From contig CAYFYW010000212.1 of the NCBI GenBank assembly GCA_964347425.1, forward strand, positions 1 to 35,977: 35,977 bases of DNA, read 5' to 3'. Positions 15,804 through 25,404 of this stretch are shown in pieces. Both the position numbers and the translations under genes were made by a program. The stretch is from an uncultured Nitrospirales bacterium (lineage in GTDB: Bacteria; Nitrospirota; Thermodesulfovibrionia; UBA6902; BMS3Bbin08). How positions within the stretch are numbered: the first letter of the stretch is position 1; each line of letters begins with the position of its first letter. Under the pieces are notes generated by a model, which worked only from the letters and a program-made list of their open reading frames with translations, searched no databases and was not told the origin of the DNA.

Positions 15804-17015
15804 ATGATTTTTTCAGCCCTCACTTACAGAAACTACAGACTCTTCTGGTTCGGACAGATAATCTCACTAACGGGCACGTGGATGCATTCCGCAGGCCAGG
15901 GCTGGCTTGTATTAAAACTTACAGATTCTCCGTTTTATTTAGGGGTTGTAGGTTCAGCAGCGTCAATGCCGATCCTCCTCTTTACTTTAGCCGGCGGGGT
16001 GCTTGCTGACAGGTTTCCCAAGCGGAAAATCCTCTTAACTGCACAGACCATACTTATGTTCCTGGCATTTACCCTGGCGGTTCTGGTATCAACAGGAACC
16101 GTCACTGTCTGGCATGTGCTGTTCTTTGCTTTTTCTATCGGTACGGTCAGTGCCTTTGATATCCCCGCGAAACAGTCATTTTTAATAGAACTGGTTGGAA
16201 AAGAAAACCTCATGAACGCCATCGCACTGAACGCCGCTACATTTAACGGTGCCAGGATTGTTGGGCCGACCATTGCAGGAATAGTCATTCGATATCTTGG
16301 AATTGCTTTTTGCTTTTATCTTAACGCACTGAGTTTTCTTACCGCAATTATCGGGCTTTTAAAAATGAGGTTTAATCACGAAGAGACAGAAAAAAAACCA
16401 CGGGCCGGGATGAGAGACGAGTTTGTACAGGGACTCAAATATGTCTTTAAAGAGCCGAAAATATACACTCTTATCACATCTGTCGGGATAATCAGCTTCT
16501 TCGGTTTTCCTTATATTACGTTTCTGCCAGTCTACGCACGGGACATCCTTAAAACAGGCGCAACAGGGCTCGGTATATTGATGGGCTTTGCCGGAGCAGG
16601 GGCCTTTACCGGGGCATTGAGCCTTGCAGTAAGAGGGGACTTTGCAAGAAAAGGTGTTCTCCTTGCAGCCTCAGGAATAATTTTTTCATCCGCGCTTCTT
16701 GTCTTTTCCCTTTCGACAACCACCTGGCTTTCCCATATAATGCTTTTCCTTGTCGGATGGGGAGCTATAAGCCAGATAGCGACAACAAACAGCCTGCTTC
16801 AGCTCACAGTCCCTGATCCATTGAGAGGGAGGGTAATGAGCGCTTTTACCTTCATTTTTTTAGGGATGGCCTCTATCGGAAACTTTGTAGTGGGGAGTTT
16901 GGCCGCCTTTGTTGGAACGAAGACAGCATTGGGAATCGGTGCAAAATTCTGTTTGCTTGGAATTATAGTTCTTCTATGGAAAAAGCCGGGAATACTCATT
17001 GACGAACGAAGATGA
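15804..17015 (+). CDS. MFS transporter (EntS/MFS_3-like exporter)
   Basis: About 12 TM segments. N-terminus YRNYRLFWFGQIISLTGTWM is typical of the EntS-like MFS_3 group. Start moved to ATG 15804 because the first 9 track codons translate a CACAGAT repeat. Confidence 0.8.
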   Translation: MIFSALTYRNYRLFWFGQIISLTGTWMHSAGQGWLVLKLTDSPFYLGVVGSAASMPILLFTLAGGVLADRFPKRKILLTAQTILMFLAFTLAVLVSTGTVTVWHVLFFAFSIGTVSAFDIPAKQSFLIELVGKENLMNAIALNAATFNGARIVGPTIAGIVIRYLGIAFCFYLNALSFLTAIIGLLKMRFNHEETEKKPRAGMRDEFVQGLKYVFKEPKIYTLITSVGIISFFGFPYITFLPVYARDILKTGATGLGILMGFAGAGAFTGALSLAVRGDFARKGVLLAASGIIFSSALLVFSLSTTTWLSHIMLFLVGWGAISQIATTNSLLQLTVPDPLRGRVMSAFTFIFLGMASIGNFVVGSLAAFVGTKTALGIGAKFCLLGIIVLLWKKPGILIDERR

Positions 17016-17053
17016 GAAATAACAGATAAGCACAGATAAAAAAACTGTGATGT

Positions 17054-17491
17054 CTAGATCGTCTGGATATATTCATCAACCTCTGATTTAAATTTCTTCA
17101 TCACATCCCTGATCGCGTCAACGAGAACTTTCAATTCTTCCCATTTAATAGTAAATATATATGCGTAGAGGAAGTAGTTTCGAAAAGCGAGGTACCTGGA
17201 GAATATCTGAAAAAGGTCAGGTGGCAATATCCCCATTTCACTGGCTTTCTTGAGCACTTTCTCATGCCATGCAGGAGAATCAGTTATGTCAAGTTTGTCG
17301 AATATGAGTATCTGTTTTAAGATTTTTTCAAACCCGCTGTATATATTCACAATAAAAGCAGCTATCGCTGCTTCTTCTACAAGCGTATAATCTGATTTTT
17401 CAGGCATGTAAACTGCGAAGAGTTCATCTGCAGTCCTGTTAATATAACTGAATTCTTCATCACAGCGTTTTACTAGCTCATCTCTTGTCAT
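17054..17491 (-). CDS. hypothetical protein, weakly HEPN/HepT-like
   Basis: All-helical 145-aa protein. C-terminal YLAFRNYFLYAYIF..W..L resembles the HepT-type FRH..(x)H.Y segment, but with Tyr where the His is expected. Confidence 0.4.
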   Translation of the reverse strand: MTRDELVKRCDEEFSYINRTADELFAVYMPEKSDYTLVEEAAIAAFIVNIYSGFEKILKQILIFDKLDITDSPAWHEKVLKKASEMGILPPDLFQIFSRYLAFRNYFLYAYIFTIKWEELKVLVDAIRDVMKKFKSEVDEYIQTI

Positions 17492-17614
17492 AGATTGCTG
17501 TACCCCCCTTCCTTATACTGCCTAAAACAGGCGATTGACCCCTTAAAATAATAAATTCTTAACGGGGTATGGCTGTCCCAAAGCAGCTCAATTCAGGTAC
17601 TGATCAGGCAGTGG

Positions 17615-17944
17615 TCATGAATTTGTATTTCCCCTGGTCTGTATCGATTCTTCCAGTTTTTTTATCCTTGCCGAAAGAGAAAGCACTTTCTTGTGAAGTT
17701 TTTCCACCTCGTTTCTTGAGGGCATGTTCATCTTATCAAGGGTTTTACTGACGATCTCTGTAATACCCTTGCCCAGTTCATCTCCAGACTTACCGACCTT
17801 GTCTGTCCATTCTTTAACAAGTTTGGAGCCCTGGCTTTCGCTCAGTTCGCCCTTTTTAACAAGCTCGTCAACCAGTTCTTTGACCTTCTCCTGCACACCT
17901 AATCCCGCCATTAATGCCTTGCGTATAGATTCAAAAACAGTCAT
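17615..17944 (-). CDS. phasin-family / PHA synthesis regulator-like protein (COG3937-like)
   Basis: 109-aa helical protein: GLGVQEKVKELVDELVKKGELSESQG..LV.E......MPSRNEVEKL..KV..L..R...LE. Confidence 0.6.
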   Translation of the reverse strand: MTVFESIRKALMAGLGVQEKVKELVDELVKKGELSESQGSKLVKEWTDKVGKSGDELGKGITEIVSKTLDKMNMPSRNEVEKLHKKVLSLSARIKKLEESIQTRGNTNS

Positions 17945-18004
17945 GAGAACCTCCTCTATTTTTCAGTTAAACGTTAAGAGCTAAAAGTCTATCGCTTTTA
18001 ATTT

Positions 18005-20635
18005 TCAACTTTTAACTTGTTTCTTAACTATATCTACAACTAACCGTATTGCCTTGTCTATGCCGTCTACATCTTTTGTACCACCCTGTGCCATATCTGC
18101 TCTACCGCCCCCTCTCCCTCCGGTTATGGCTTTTAGGATTTCTCCTGCATTCAGCCTTGATATTAAGTCTTTTGTTACCATGGCTACGTACGATACCTGT
18201 CCATTTTTTGAAGAGCCAAGAACAACAACCCCGGCTCCGATTCTCTCTTTTATTGTATCCGCAAGATTCCTTAATGACTTAATATCAAGACCGTCGACCC
18301 TGTGAGAAAGCACTTTAATCTTATCTACATCAACGGCTTTCTCAAGAATAGCACTTAAATTGCTGACAGTTGCTCTGGTTTTAACCTTTTCCATCTCTTT
18401 TTCACGCAATTTAGCCTCATGAATAAATTTCTCAAGTCTGTCTGAAACCTTGAGTTCTTTAACCTTAAGCAGCGCGGCCGCTTTCTTTAGTTCGCTCTCC
18501 TCGGCTTTGATAAACTCCAGGGCAGTAAACCCTGCAAGCGACTCTATTCTTCTAATTCCGGCAGCTACACTTCCTTCTGAAATTATCTTGAACGGACCTA
18601 TGTCGCCCGTAGCGCTGCAGTGCGTTCCACCGCACAGCTCAGCTGTAAAATCTCCTGCACTGACGACCCTGACCTGCTCCCCGTATTTCTCCCCGAAGAG
18701 GGCCGTGGCCCCTCTGGAAACGGCATCATCAAGTGTTGTCTTTTCTACGCTGAGAGGAAGGTTCTCGATAATCTTCTCATTAACAATATCTTCCACTTCC
18801 TGCAGCTCCCTGCTGCTCGTTGCATAAAAATGGGTGAAGTCAAACCTCAGCCTGTCCGCCGCAACAAGAGAGCCAGCCTGTTTGATGTGGTCGCCAAGGA
18901 CAGCCTTTAACGCGGCATGTAATAAATGAGTCGCAGTGTGATTGCGCATAATTGATTTCCGTCTCTTCTCGTCAACAGACGCATGAACTGTCATTCCTCT
19001 TCTGATGACTCCTTTTTTTATAGCAGCAACGTGAAGCGTTATCCCGTTAAACTTCTTTGTATCAAATACCTCAATTCTCAGGTCACCCGCCTTTATGTGC
19101 CCCTTGTCCCCGACCTGTCCTCCTGATTCCCCGTAGAATGGTGTCTTATCCAGCAGTATTTCTACTTCTTCACCTTCTTTTACCTCTTCCACGGAAGCCC
19201 TGTCTTTTACCAGGGCATTGACCCTGCAGTCTGCCTGCAGTGTTTCGTAGCCAATAAACTTTGTGGGGCCGTATTGACCCAGGATTTCCTTATAGATACC
19301 TGAAATCCCTTCTTCTGTTTTAACCCATGAGGCCCTTGCCCTTGTTTTTTGAAGCTCCATCTCCTCGGTAAAGCCCTGCTCATCTATTTTAAGACCGCTG
19401 TCCTCTGCAATATCCTGGGCAAGGTCGAGGGGAAAACCATAAGTGTCATATAGTTTGAAAAGTTCGGCCCCGGGTATTGTATCTTTTCCGGATGACCTGA
19501 GTTCTTTAATGAGCTTATCCAGTATGGTTGTGCCTGAAGAGAGTGTATGTGCAAACCTCTCTTCTTCGAACTTGAGCATCTTCCTGCTTCTCTGAATATC
19601 CTCATGCAGTTCAGGGTAGGGTTCGGACATTATTTCAAAAACAGGGGCCACGACTTTATAAAGGAACGGCTCATTGATTCCGAGCATAAAACCATGTCTT
19701 GCTGCCCTTCTTATTATCCGTCTCAGGACGTACCCCCTTCCCTCGTTCGAAGGGATTAATCCTTCTGACAGGACAAAAGCTATCGCCCTTAGATGGTCTG
19801 CTATTACGCGTATGGATATATCCGCTGAAGGGTCAGTGCCGTAGTGTTTACCCGAGGTATCCTCTATACCCTTAATAATGGGGCTGAATAAATCTGTGTC
19901 AAAATTATTCTTTTTGCCCTGCAGTACTGCTGCAAGCCTCTCAATTCCCATGCCGGTGTCAATGCTTGGCTTTGGCAGGGGGGTCAACGTTCCGGATGAA
20001 TCCCTGTTGTACTGCATGAATACAAGATTCCATATCTCAAGATACCTGTCACAGTCGCAACCAACTGTACAGTCAGGCCTGTTGCAGCCCACCTCCGGTC
20101 CCTGGTCTATCAGTATCTCGGAACAGGGACCGCAAGGTCCGGTTTCTCCCATCTGCCAGAAATTATCCTTTTCTCCGAGCCTGAAAATCTTATCAGGCTC
20201 AACATCTGTCTCATCCTGCCAGATAGAGGCTGATTCATCATCTTTTTCATAAATGGTAATAAACAGTTTTCCCTTTGGCAGTTTTACCCGTTCTGTTAAG
20301 AATTCCCATGCCCACCTAATTGCCTCTTTCTTAAAGTAATCTCCAAAGGAAAAATTGCCCAACATTTCAAAGAATGTATGATGTCTTGCGGTCCTGCCGA
20401 CGTTCTCCAGGTCATTGTGTTTTCCGCCTGCCCTCAGGCACTTTTGAACAGTTACGGCCTTTTTATAAGGGCTTTCTTCATCACCTAAAAAAATGGATTT
20501 AAACTGAACCATTCCTGCATTGGTAAAGAGGAGTGTGGGGTCATCTCTTGGTATAAGGGGTGAACTTGGGAGGACTTTATGTCCTTTCTGAATGAAAAAA
20601 TCCAGGAATTCTTGTCTTATCTCTTTACTTTTCAT
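18005..20635 (-). CDS. alaS: alanine--tRNA ligase
   Basis: Full-length AlaS: MKSKEIRQEFLDFF..KGH, FTNAGMVQFK, the editing-domain HTATHLLH motif and a C-terminal DHHA1-like GGGRADMAQGG. Start set at the conserved MKS (20635) rather than GTG 20653. Confidence 0.97.
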   Translation of the reverse strand: MKSKEIRQEFLDFFIQKGHKVLPSSPLIPRDDPTLLFTNAGMVQFKSIFLGDEESPYKKAVTVQKCLRAGGKHNDLENVGRTARHHTFFEMLGNFSFGDYFKKEAIRWAWEFLTERVKLPKGKLFITIYEKDDESASIWQDETDVEPDKIFRLGEKDNFWQMGETGPCGPCSEILIDQGPEVGCNRPDCTVGCDCDRYLEIWNLVFMQYNRDSSGTLTPLPKPSIDTGMGIERLAAVLQGKKNNFDTDLFSPIIKGIEDTSGKHYGTDPSADISIRVIADHLRAIAFVLSEGLIPSNEGRGYVLRRIIRRAARHGFMLGINEPFLYKVVAPVFEIMSEPYPELHEDIQRSRKMLKFEEERFAHTLSSGTTILDKLIKELRSSGKDTIPGAELFKLYDTYGFPLDLAQDIAEDSGLKIDEQGFTEEMELQKTRARASWVKTEEGISGIYKEILGQYGPTKFIGYETLQADCRVNALVKDRASVEEVKEGEEVEILLDKTPFYGESGGQVGDKGHIKAGDLRIEVFDTKKFNGITLHVAAIKKGVIRRGMTVHASVDEKRRKSIMRNHTATHLLHAALKAVLGDHIKQAGSLVAADRLRFDFTHFYATSSRELQEVEDIVNEKIIENLPLSVEKTTLDDAVSRGATALFGEKYGEQVRVVSAGDFTAELCGGTHCSATGDIGPFKIISEGSVAAGIRRIESLAGFTALEFIKAEESELKKAAALLKVKELKVSDRLEKFIHEAKLREKEMEKVKTRATVSNLSAILEKAVDVDKIKVLSHRVDGLDIKSLRNLADTIKERIGAGVVVLGSSKNGQVSYVAMVTKDLISRLNAGEILKAITGGRGGGRADMAQGGTKDVDGIDKAIRLVVDIVKKQVKS

Positions 20636-20796
20636 AGTGAACCGTAGAAACACCTAAACTAACAGAATCTGCTATATAATATATTTTATTATATCAAAAT
20701 TAAATATATATGAAGAAATAAACAGATACCCTTTTCCTCTCATAGGAATAGAGGGGGAGAAGCCCGAAAATAAAAAAAAAGCCTAAGGTAAGGCAA

Positions 20797-21102
20797 TTGA
20801 CACCAGGCGCTGTAATAAAAAAGATGAAGTTCGGGGAAATTGGGGTTTCATGCTGTGTAGACAGTTTTGGAGAAGACGGTCCTGAGGTTTTTTCGGAGGA
20901 GACAACAATCTACATAAACAGGGACCACCCTCTTTACAAACGAGAATCCAAAAAGGCTGATACCCATATGCTGAATCTTGCGAGGCTTATCACCCAGGAA
21001 ATTTCCCTCATGAAAGATCCCAAAAATCCAAGACAGGCTTCTGAAAGACAGAGTAAATTATTAAGGGATGCGTTTATTGAGGGAAACTCCGGTTCCCGAT
21101 AG
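20797..21102 (+). pseudogene. orphan ORF, possibly the C-terminal remnant of a larger gene
   Basis: TTG-initiated 101-aa ORF with no RBS and no upstream coding continuation. The segment TTIYINRDHPLYK... resembles C-terminal regions of some GHKL-type ATP-binding proteins; this is a weak, memory-based match. Confidence 0.3.
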
Positions 21103-21387
21103 GCTTGATGTAATTATATCAGACTGGCGGCAGACAATGCCTGATGAGATCAGGGGCTCTTCTTTCAATCTATTCTGTTACAGTTAACTCAACACAGTCA
21201 TAGTACTTTTGACCCATATCTATTGAACAATCCATTAATGAAGCCAACACCGAAACAGATGGTATAAGAACCTGTAAAAGAAAATAGTTGTTCTCTGGAT
21301 TTCATTGAAAAAAAACATTAATTTCAGGTATATTTCAGTGACTTTAGAATGCCGTGGTTGCGTTACCATTGAGGAGAATAGAAGCAT

Positions 21388-22692
21388 ATGTATAATCTTG
21401 TAAGCTTTGGAGGGATAATTGTCCTTATGGCTTTTGCCTGGGTCTTGTCGTCTAACAGGAAGGTCGTCAACTGGCGCGTTATTTTCTGGGGCGTTGCCAT
21501 CCAGGTGCTCTTTGCTTTTCTTATATTTATTCTTCCTGCGGGCGCAAAGATTTTTCTTTTCATAAATGACGCGGTGGTGAAGGTTGTTGACGTTGCCGGG
21601 GCCGGCACGAAGTTTATTTTTGGCAGGCTTGCCCTTCCTCCCGGTACAACGGATGAGTGGGGAGGTGAATCCCTGGGTTTTATTTTTGCTTTCCAGGCTC
21701 TCCCGACAGTGATATTCTTCGCAAGCCTTATGGGCGTTCTTTACTACATCGGGGTGATGACCCGGCTGATAGGTCTTTTCTCCAAGATATTTACAAAGCT
21801 GATGAGGATAAGCGGGGCAGAGTCCCTGTGCACGTCCAGCAATATCTTTGTTGGTATTGAATCTGCCACAACTATCCGCCCCTATCTTGAGAGGATGACC
21901 CGTTCTGAACTGTGCACGATTCTTACTGCTGGTATGGCGACCATTGCCTCCAGCGTTTTGGCCATTTATGTCATGTTTCTTCAAAATCAGTTTTCGACTA
22001 TAGCAGGACATCTGGTTTCGGCATCATTCCTCTCGGCGCCGGCAGCCGTAGTGATGTCCAAGCTCCTGGTGCCGGAGGCTGAAAAGCCGGAGACCCTGGG
22101 AGTGGACGTAAAACCTTACTACAAGAAAGAGTCTTCTCTCATAGAGGCCATTATAAACGGTGCAAACGCGGGATTTAAACTGGTGGTTGGTATCGTGGCC
22201 CTGCTTATTGCCTTTCTCGGTCTGGTGGCTCTGGTAGATCTGGTTCTTTCGGGAGTTGGAGGAAAATTAAATAATCTCTTCAGTATCCAGGTGGACTGGT
22301 CATTGAAAGGCCTTCTGGGGTATGTTTTTTATCCCTTTACCCTGGTGATAGGTGTTCCGCCTGTTGATGCTTTTGAAATAGCAAAACTAATAGGTGAGAG
22401 AACCATTGTAACAGAGGCAAAGTCCTATATGGATCTTGCCGAACTCCTTGCCAGAAATTCCCTAAAAGACCCCCGTTCTGCCTTTCTTGCGACGTATGCC
22501 CTCTGCGGTTTTGCCCATGTCGCTTCACTTGCCATCTTCGTGGGCGGCATAGCAGCCCTTGTCCCCAAAAGAACAGGTGACCTCTCAGCAGTTGGACCAC
22601 GTGCCCTATTGGCAGCAACCCTTGCCTGCCTTATGACAGCCTCAGTGGCAGGAGCTTTTTTTACCGGTGGATCGATACTTTTGGGCAAATAA
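21388..22692 (+). CDS. nupC: NupC/NupG-family concentrative nucleoside transporter
   Basis: 434 aa. N-terminus GIIVLMAFAWVLSSNRKVVNWRVIFWGVAIQ and the overall CNT layout. Confidence 0.9.
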   Translation: MYNLVSFGGIIVLMAFAWVLSSNRKVVNWRVIFWGVAIQVLFAFLIFILPAGAKIFLFINDAVVKVVDVAGAGTKFIFGRLALPPGTTDEWGGESLGFIFAFQALPTVIFFASLMGVLYYIGVMTRLIGLFSKIFTKLMRISGAESLCTSSNIFVGIESATTIRPYLERMTRSELCTILTAGMATIASSVLAIYVMFLQNQFSTIAGHLVSASFLSAPAAVVMSKLLVPEAEKPETLGVDVKPYYKKESSLIEAIINGANAGFKLVVGIVALLIAFLGLVALVDLVLSGVGGKLNNLFSIQVDWSLKGLLGYVFYPFTLVIGVPPVDAFEIAKLIGERTIVTEAKSYMDLAELLARNSLKDPRSAFLATYALCGFAHVASLAIFVGGIAALVPKRTGDLSAVGPRALLAATLACLMTASVAGAFFTGGSILLGK

Positions 22693-22706
22693 CAGCAAAC
22701 AGATGA

Positions 22707-23264
22707 TCACAGATCGCCTTTATCTGCGCTATCTGCTTTTCCATCTGTGTTCATCTGCGTTTCTTTAATGGATTTTAGTGCGAGATGGATAATGTCGGCT
22801 GAAAAACCCCTGCGTTGGAGTGTCCCCCAGAGTTTACGCTTCACAATGTTTTCAGGATGATTTTTCAGTATCTTTATTTTTTTGTCCACGAGTCTTAACG
22901 CGGTTTCTTTTTCCATTTCTCTTGAATGGGCTGTCAGTGCTCCATTTATAAGCTCTCTCTCAATTCCCCGCCTTGAAAGAAACATCTCAATACCTTTTTT
23001 GCCAAGGTGTTTTCTTTCTATTGCGTGCCTGAAAAGTCCGGCTGCAAGTGCATCATCTCTGATTAAGCCCGCCCTTTCAAGATATTCCACTGCCATCTTT
23101 ATCCGGTAACTGTCAAACCCTTTTCCCGTCAGCCTTTCATGTATTTCTTTCCTGCTTCGGGGACGATATCGGAGAAGCTTTAGTGCATAGTCTCTGGCTT
23201 CATTGTGAGAACCTTTCAATCTCGGGTTCATCTTTTTTGGCTTTAATAACTTCTTCCTCAGCAT
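22707..23264 (-). CDS. recX: recombination regulator RecX
   Basis: Three-repeat helical RecX pattern (ALKLLRYRPRSRKEIHERL..KGF...I...V..L...GLIRD..A). Start ambiguous (23264 or Met at 23231). The last ~18 codons translate a CAGAT repeat tract. Confidence 0.85.
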   Translation of the reverse strand: MLRKKLLKPKKMNPRLKGSHNEARDYALKLLRYRPRSRKEIHERLTGKGFDSYRIKMAVEYLERAGLIRDDALAAGLFRHAIERKHLGKKGIEMFLSRRGIERELINGALTAHSREMEKETALRLVDKKIKILKNHPENIVKRKLWGTLQRRGFSADIIHLALKSIKETQMNTDGKADSADKGDL

Positions 23265-24357
23265 CTCTTATATCCTCTAAGGACTGAATGCCTTTGACTT
23301 TGAGAGCAAAATCATCCGGGCTTGATGCCCTGCTCAGGGCGTCCTCATAAGAAATAAGTCCATCCTTATACAGGGATAAAAGTGATTGATCGAATGTCTG
23401 CATCTTGTACTGGCTGTGGCCCTGTGCGATAACGTCAGGAATGAGTTTTGTCCTGTCAGGGTCTTCAATGCATGCCTTTATCATATTGGTTGCTATGAGT
23501 ACCTCAACAGCAGGCACCCTCCCTTTGTCGTCAGCCATGGGAACCAGTCTCATGGATATAATTGCTCTCAGGATAGAGGCGAGCTGTATTCTAACCTGTT
23601 TGTGTTGATAAGGCGGAAAGACCGCTATGATTCGGTTTATAGTCTCGGCTGCGTCAACTGTGTGCAGGGTGCTTAGCACCAGATGTCCGGTTTCTGCTGC
23701 AACAAGGGCTGTCTGAATTGTCTCAAAATCACGCATCTCGCCTACAAGAATTACGTCAGGATCCTGCCTCAAAGCAGACCTGAGTGCTTTACTGAAAGAC
23801 TCGGTATCGGTTCCTAATTCCCGTTGATTTACAATACTGCTTTTATCCCTGTGAAGAAATTCAATAGGGTCTTCAATGGTCATTATATGCTCTGTTCGTT
23901 GAGAATTTATCTGGTCAATCATTGTTGCAAGTGTTGTGGTTTTACCGCTTCCGGTGGTCCCTGTTACCAGGATAAGCCCCCTTGGCTCCAGGGCAATCTT
24001 GTTTAAAATGAACGGCAAATGAAGTTCTTCTATACTAAGGATTTTCATGGGGATAACCCGGAAGACTACCCCTATTGTTCCTCTCTGCACAAAGCTATTA
24101 CATCTAAATCTTCCAAGCCCGGGAACGCTGTATGCTATATCGATCTCGTTTTTCTTTTTAAATGCCTCTTTCTGCGGCTCTGACATGACAGAGTAAGCTA
24201 TATCCATGGTATCCTCTGACGAAAGCCTGTTTTCTCCTGTCATAAATGAAAGGGCACCATTTATGCGGACAATAGGGGCATTGCCTACTTTTATATGCAG
24301 GTCAGAGGCCCCCAGATTAATAGCTTTTTTGAGGAGTTCATCTATATTTATTGACAT
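23200..24357 (-). CDS. pilT: type IV pilus retraction ATPase PilT
   Basis: LGASDLHI, Walker A GTTGSGKTTT, Asp box, Walker B ILVGEMRD, His box LVLSTLHT and the PilT-specific AxxxIxxxH-type region. RBS AAGGAGGTG lies inside the recA 3' end. Confidence 0.92.
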   Translation of the reverse strand: MSINIDELLKKAINLGASDLHIKVGNAPIVRINGALSFMTGENRLSSEDTMDIAYSVMSEPQKEAFKKKNEIDIAYSVPGLGRFRCNSFVQRGTIGVVFRVIPMKILSIEELHLPFILNKIALEPRGLILVTGTTGSGKTTTLATMIDQINSQRTEHIMTIEDPIEFLHRDKSSIVNQRELGTDTESFSKALRSALRQDPDVILVGEMRDFETIQTALVAAETGHLVLSTLHTVDAAETINRIIAVFPPYQHKQVRIQLASILRAIISMRLVPMADDKGRVPAVEVLIATNMIKACIEDPDRTKLIPDVIAQGHSQYKMQTFDQSLLSLYKDGLISYEDALSRASSPDDFALKVKGIQSLEDIRDAEEEVIKAKKDEPEIERFSQ

Positions 24358-24360
24358 CCG

Positions 24361-25356
24361 TCACCTCCTTAGGCTATATACTTCGAGTATTTTTGATTCA
24401 ATTTCGTTTGATACTTCAGGACTGGATTTCAGATGTTCTTTGGCGTTTTCCCTTCCCTGACCTATGCGATTTCCATTATATGAATACCATGCCCCGGATC
24501 TCTCAATAATTCCTTTTGCAACTCCGAGATCAATAAGCTCTCCGGCTCTTGAGATTCCCTCGTTAAAATATATGTCAAACTCTGCCTGTTTGAATGGCGG
24601 GGCAACCTTATTTTTAACCACTTTTACCCTTACTCTGTTGCCAATGCTTTCCTGTGCATTTTTAATGGTATCTATCTTTCGGATATCAAGCCTGTTAGAA
24701 GCATAAAATTTAAGCGCATTGCCGCCTGTAGTGGTCTCGGGGCTTCCAAACATAACGCCTATCTTCATTCTGATCTGGTTGATAAAGATAACGGTTGTTT
24801 GACTCTTTGATATCGTGGCTGTCAGTTTACGTAATGCCTGACTCATGAGCCTTGCCTGAAGTCCGGGCAGGCTGTCTCCCATGTCTCCCTCAATCTCTGC
24901 TCGCGGGACAAGGGCCGCAACAGAATCGATCACAATAATATCAAGTGCCCCGCTTCGTACGAGTGTTTCAGCAACCTCCAGGGCCTGTTCGCCGGTATCG
25001 GGCTGGCTTATTAAGAGATCATCTGCTTTGACTCCCAGTTTTGACGCATAACCTACATCAAGGGCGTGTTCAGCATCAATAAAAGCGGCTGAACCACCTG
25101 CTTTTTGAGCCTGTGCAACGGCACTTAAAGCAAGGGTGGTCTTTCCGGAAGATTCAGGTCCGTAGATCTCTATGACCCTCCCTCTCGGATAACCACCGAC
25201 CCCGAGTGCCGCATCCAACCCGATGGAACCTGTTGGTATGGCTGCTATCTCAACAATGCCTTCAGAGCCAAGCCGCATTATTGCACCTTTGCCGAACTGC
25301 TTTTCTATCTGGGAAATAGCCATTTCAATGGCCTTTGTGCGATCCTTATGAGTCAT
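24361..25356 (-). CDS. recA: recombinase RecA
   Basis: Canonical RecA: [28 protein letters not shown], the L2 loop GNALKFYAS. Confidence 0.99.
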   Translation of the reverse strand: MTHKDRTKAIEMAISQIEKQFGKGAIMRLGSEGIVEIAAIPTGSIGLDAALGVGGYPRGRVIEIYGPESSGKTTLALSAVAQAQKAGGSAAFIDAEHALDVGYASKLGVKADDLLISQPDTGEQALEVAETLVRSGALDIIVIDSVAALVPRAEIEGDMGDSLPGLQARLMSQALRKLTATISKSQTTVIFINQIRMKIGVMFGSPETTTGGNALKFYASNRLDIRKIDTIKNAQESIGNRVRVKVVKNKVAPPFKQAEFDIYFNEGISRAGELIDLGVAKGIIERSGAWYSYNGNRIGQGRENAKEHLKSSPEVSNEIESKILEVYSLRR

Positions 25357-25404
25357 TTACACCTCCAATATATTTAATCTCCAGATTCCAAATGCCAATC
25401 CCGA

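Noticed and set aside
21141-21153. CUGAUGAG, the hammerhead ribozyme core sequence, in the nupC leader.
   Set aside because: It simply forms a ctgat/atcag hairpin. There is no downstream GAAA core or stems I/III in the arrangement a hammerhead needs.
21235-22011. 258-aa minus-strand ORF overlapping nupC. Similar long antisense ORFs occur at 11751-12380, 10895-11344, 13167-13973, 1180-1563, 2035-2328, 18450-18827, 19878-20252, 29960-30310 and 35189-35572.
   Set aside because: Each lies entirely opposite a gene with a strong family signature. Their translations are low-complexity or Ser/Arg/Pro-rich with no recognisable motifs. They are shadow ORFs.
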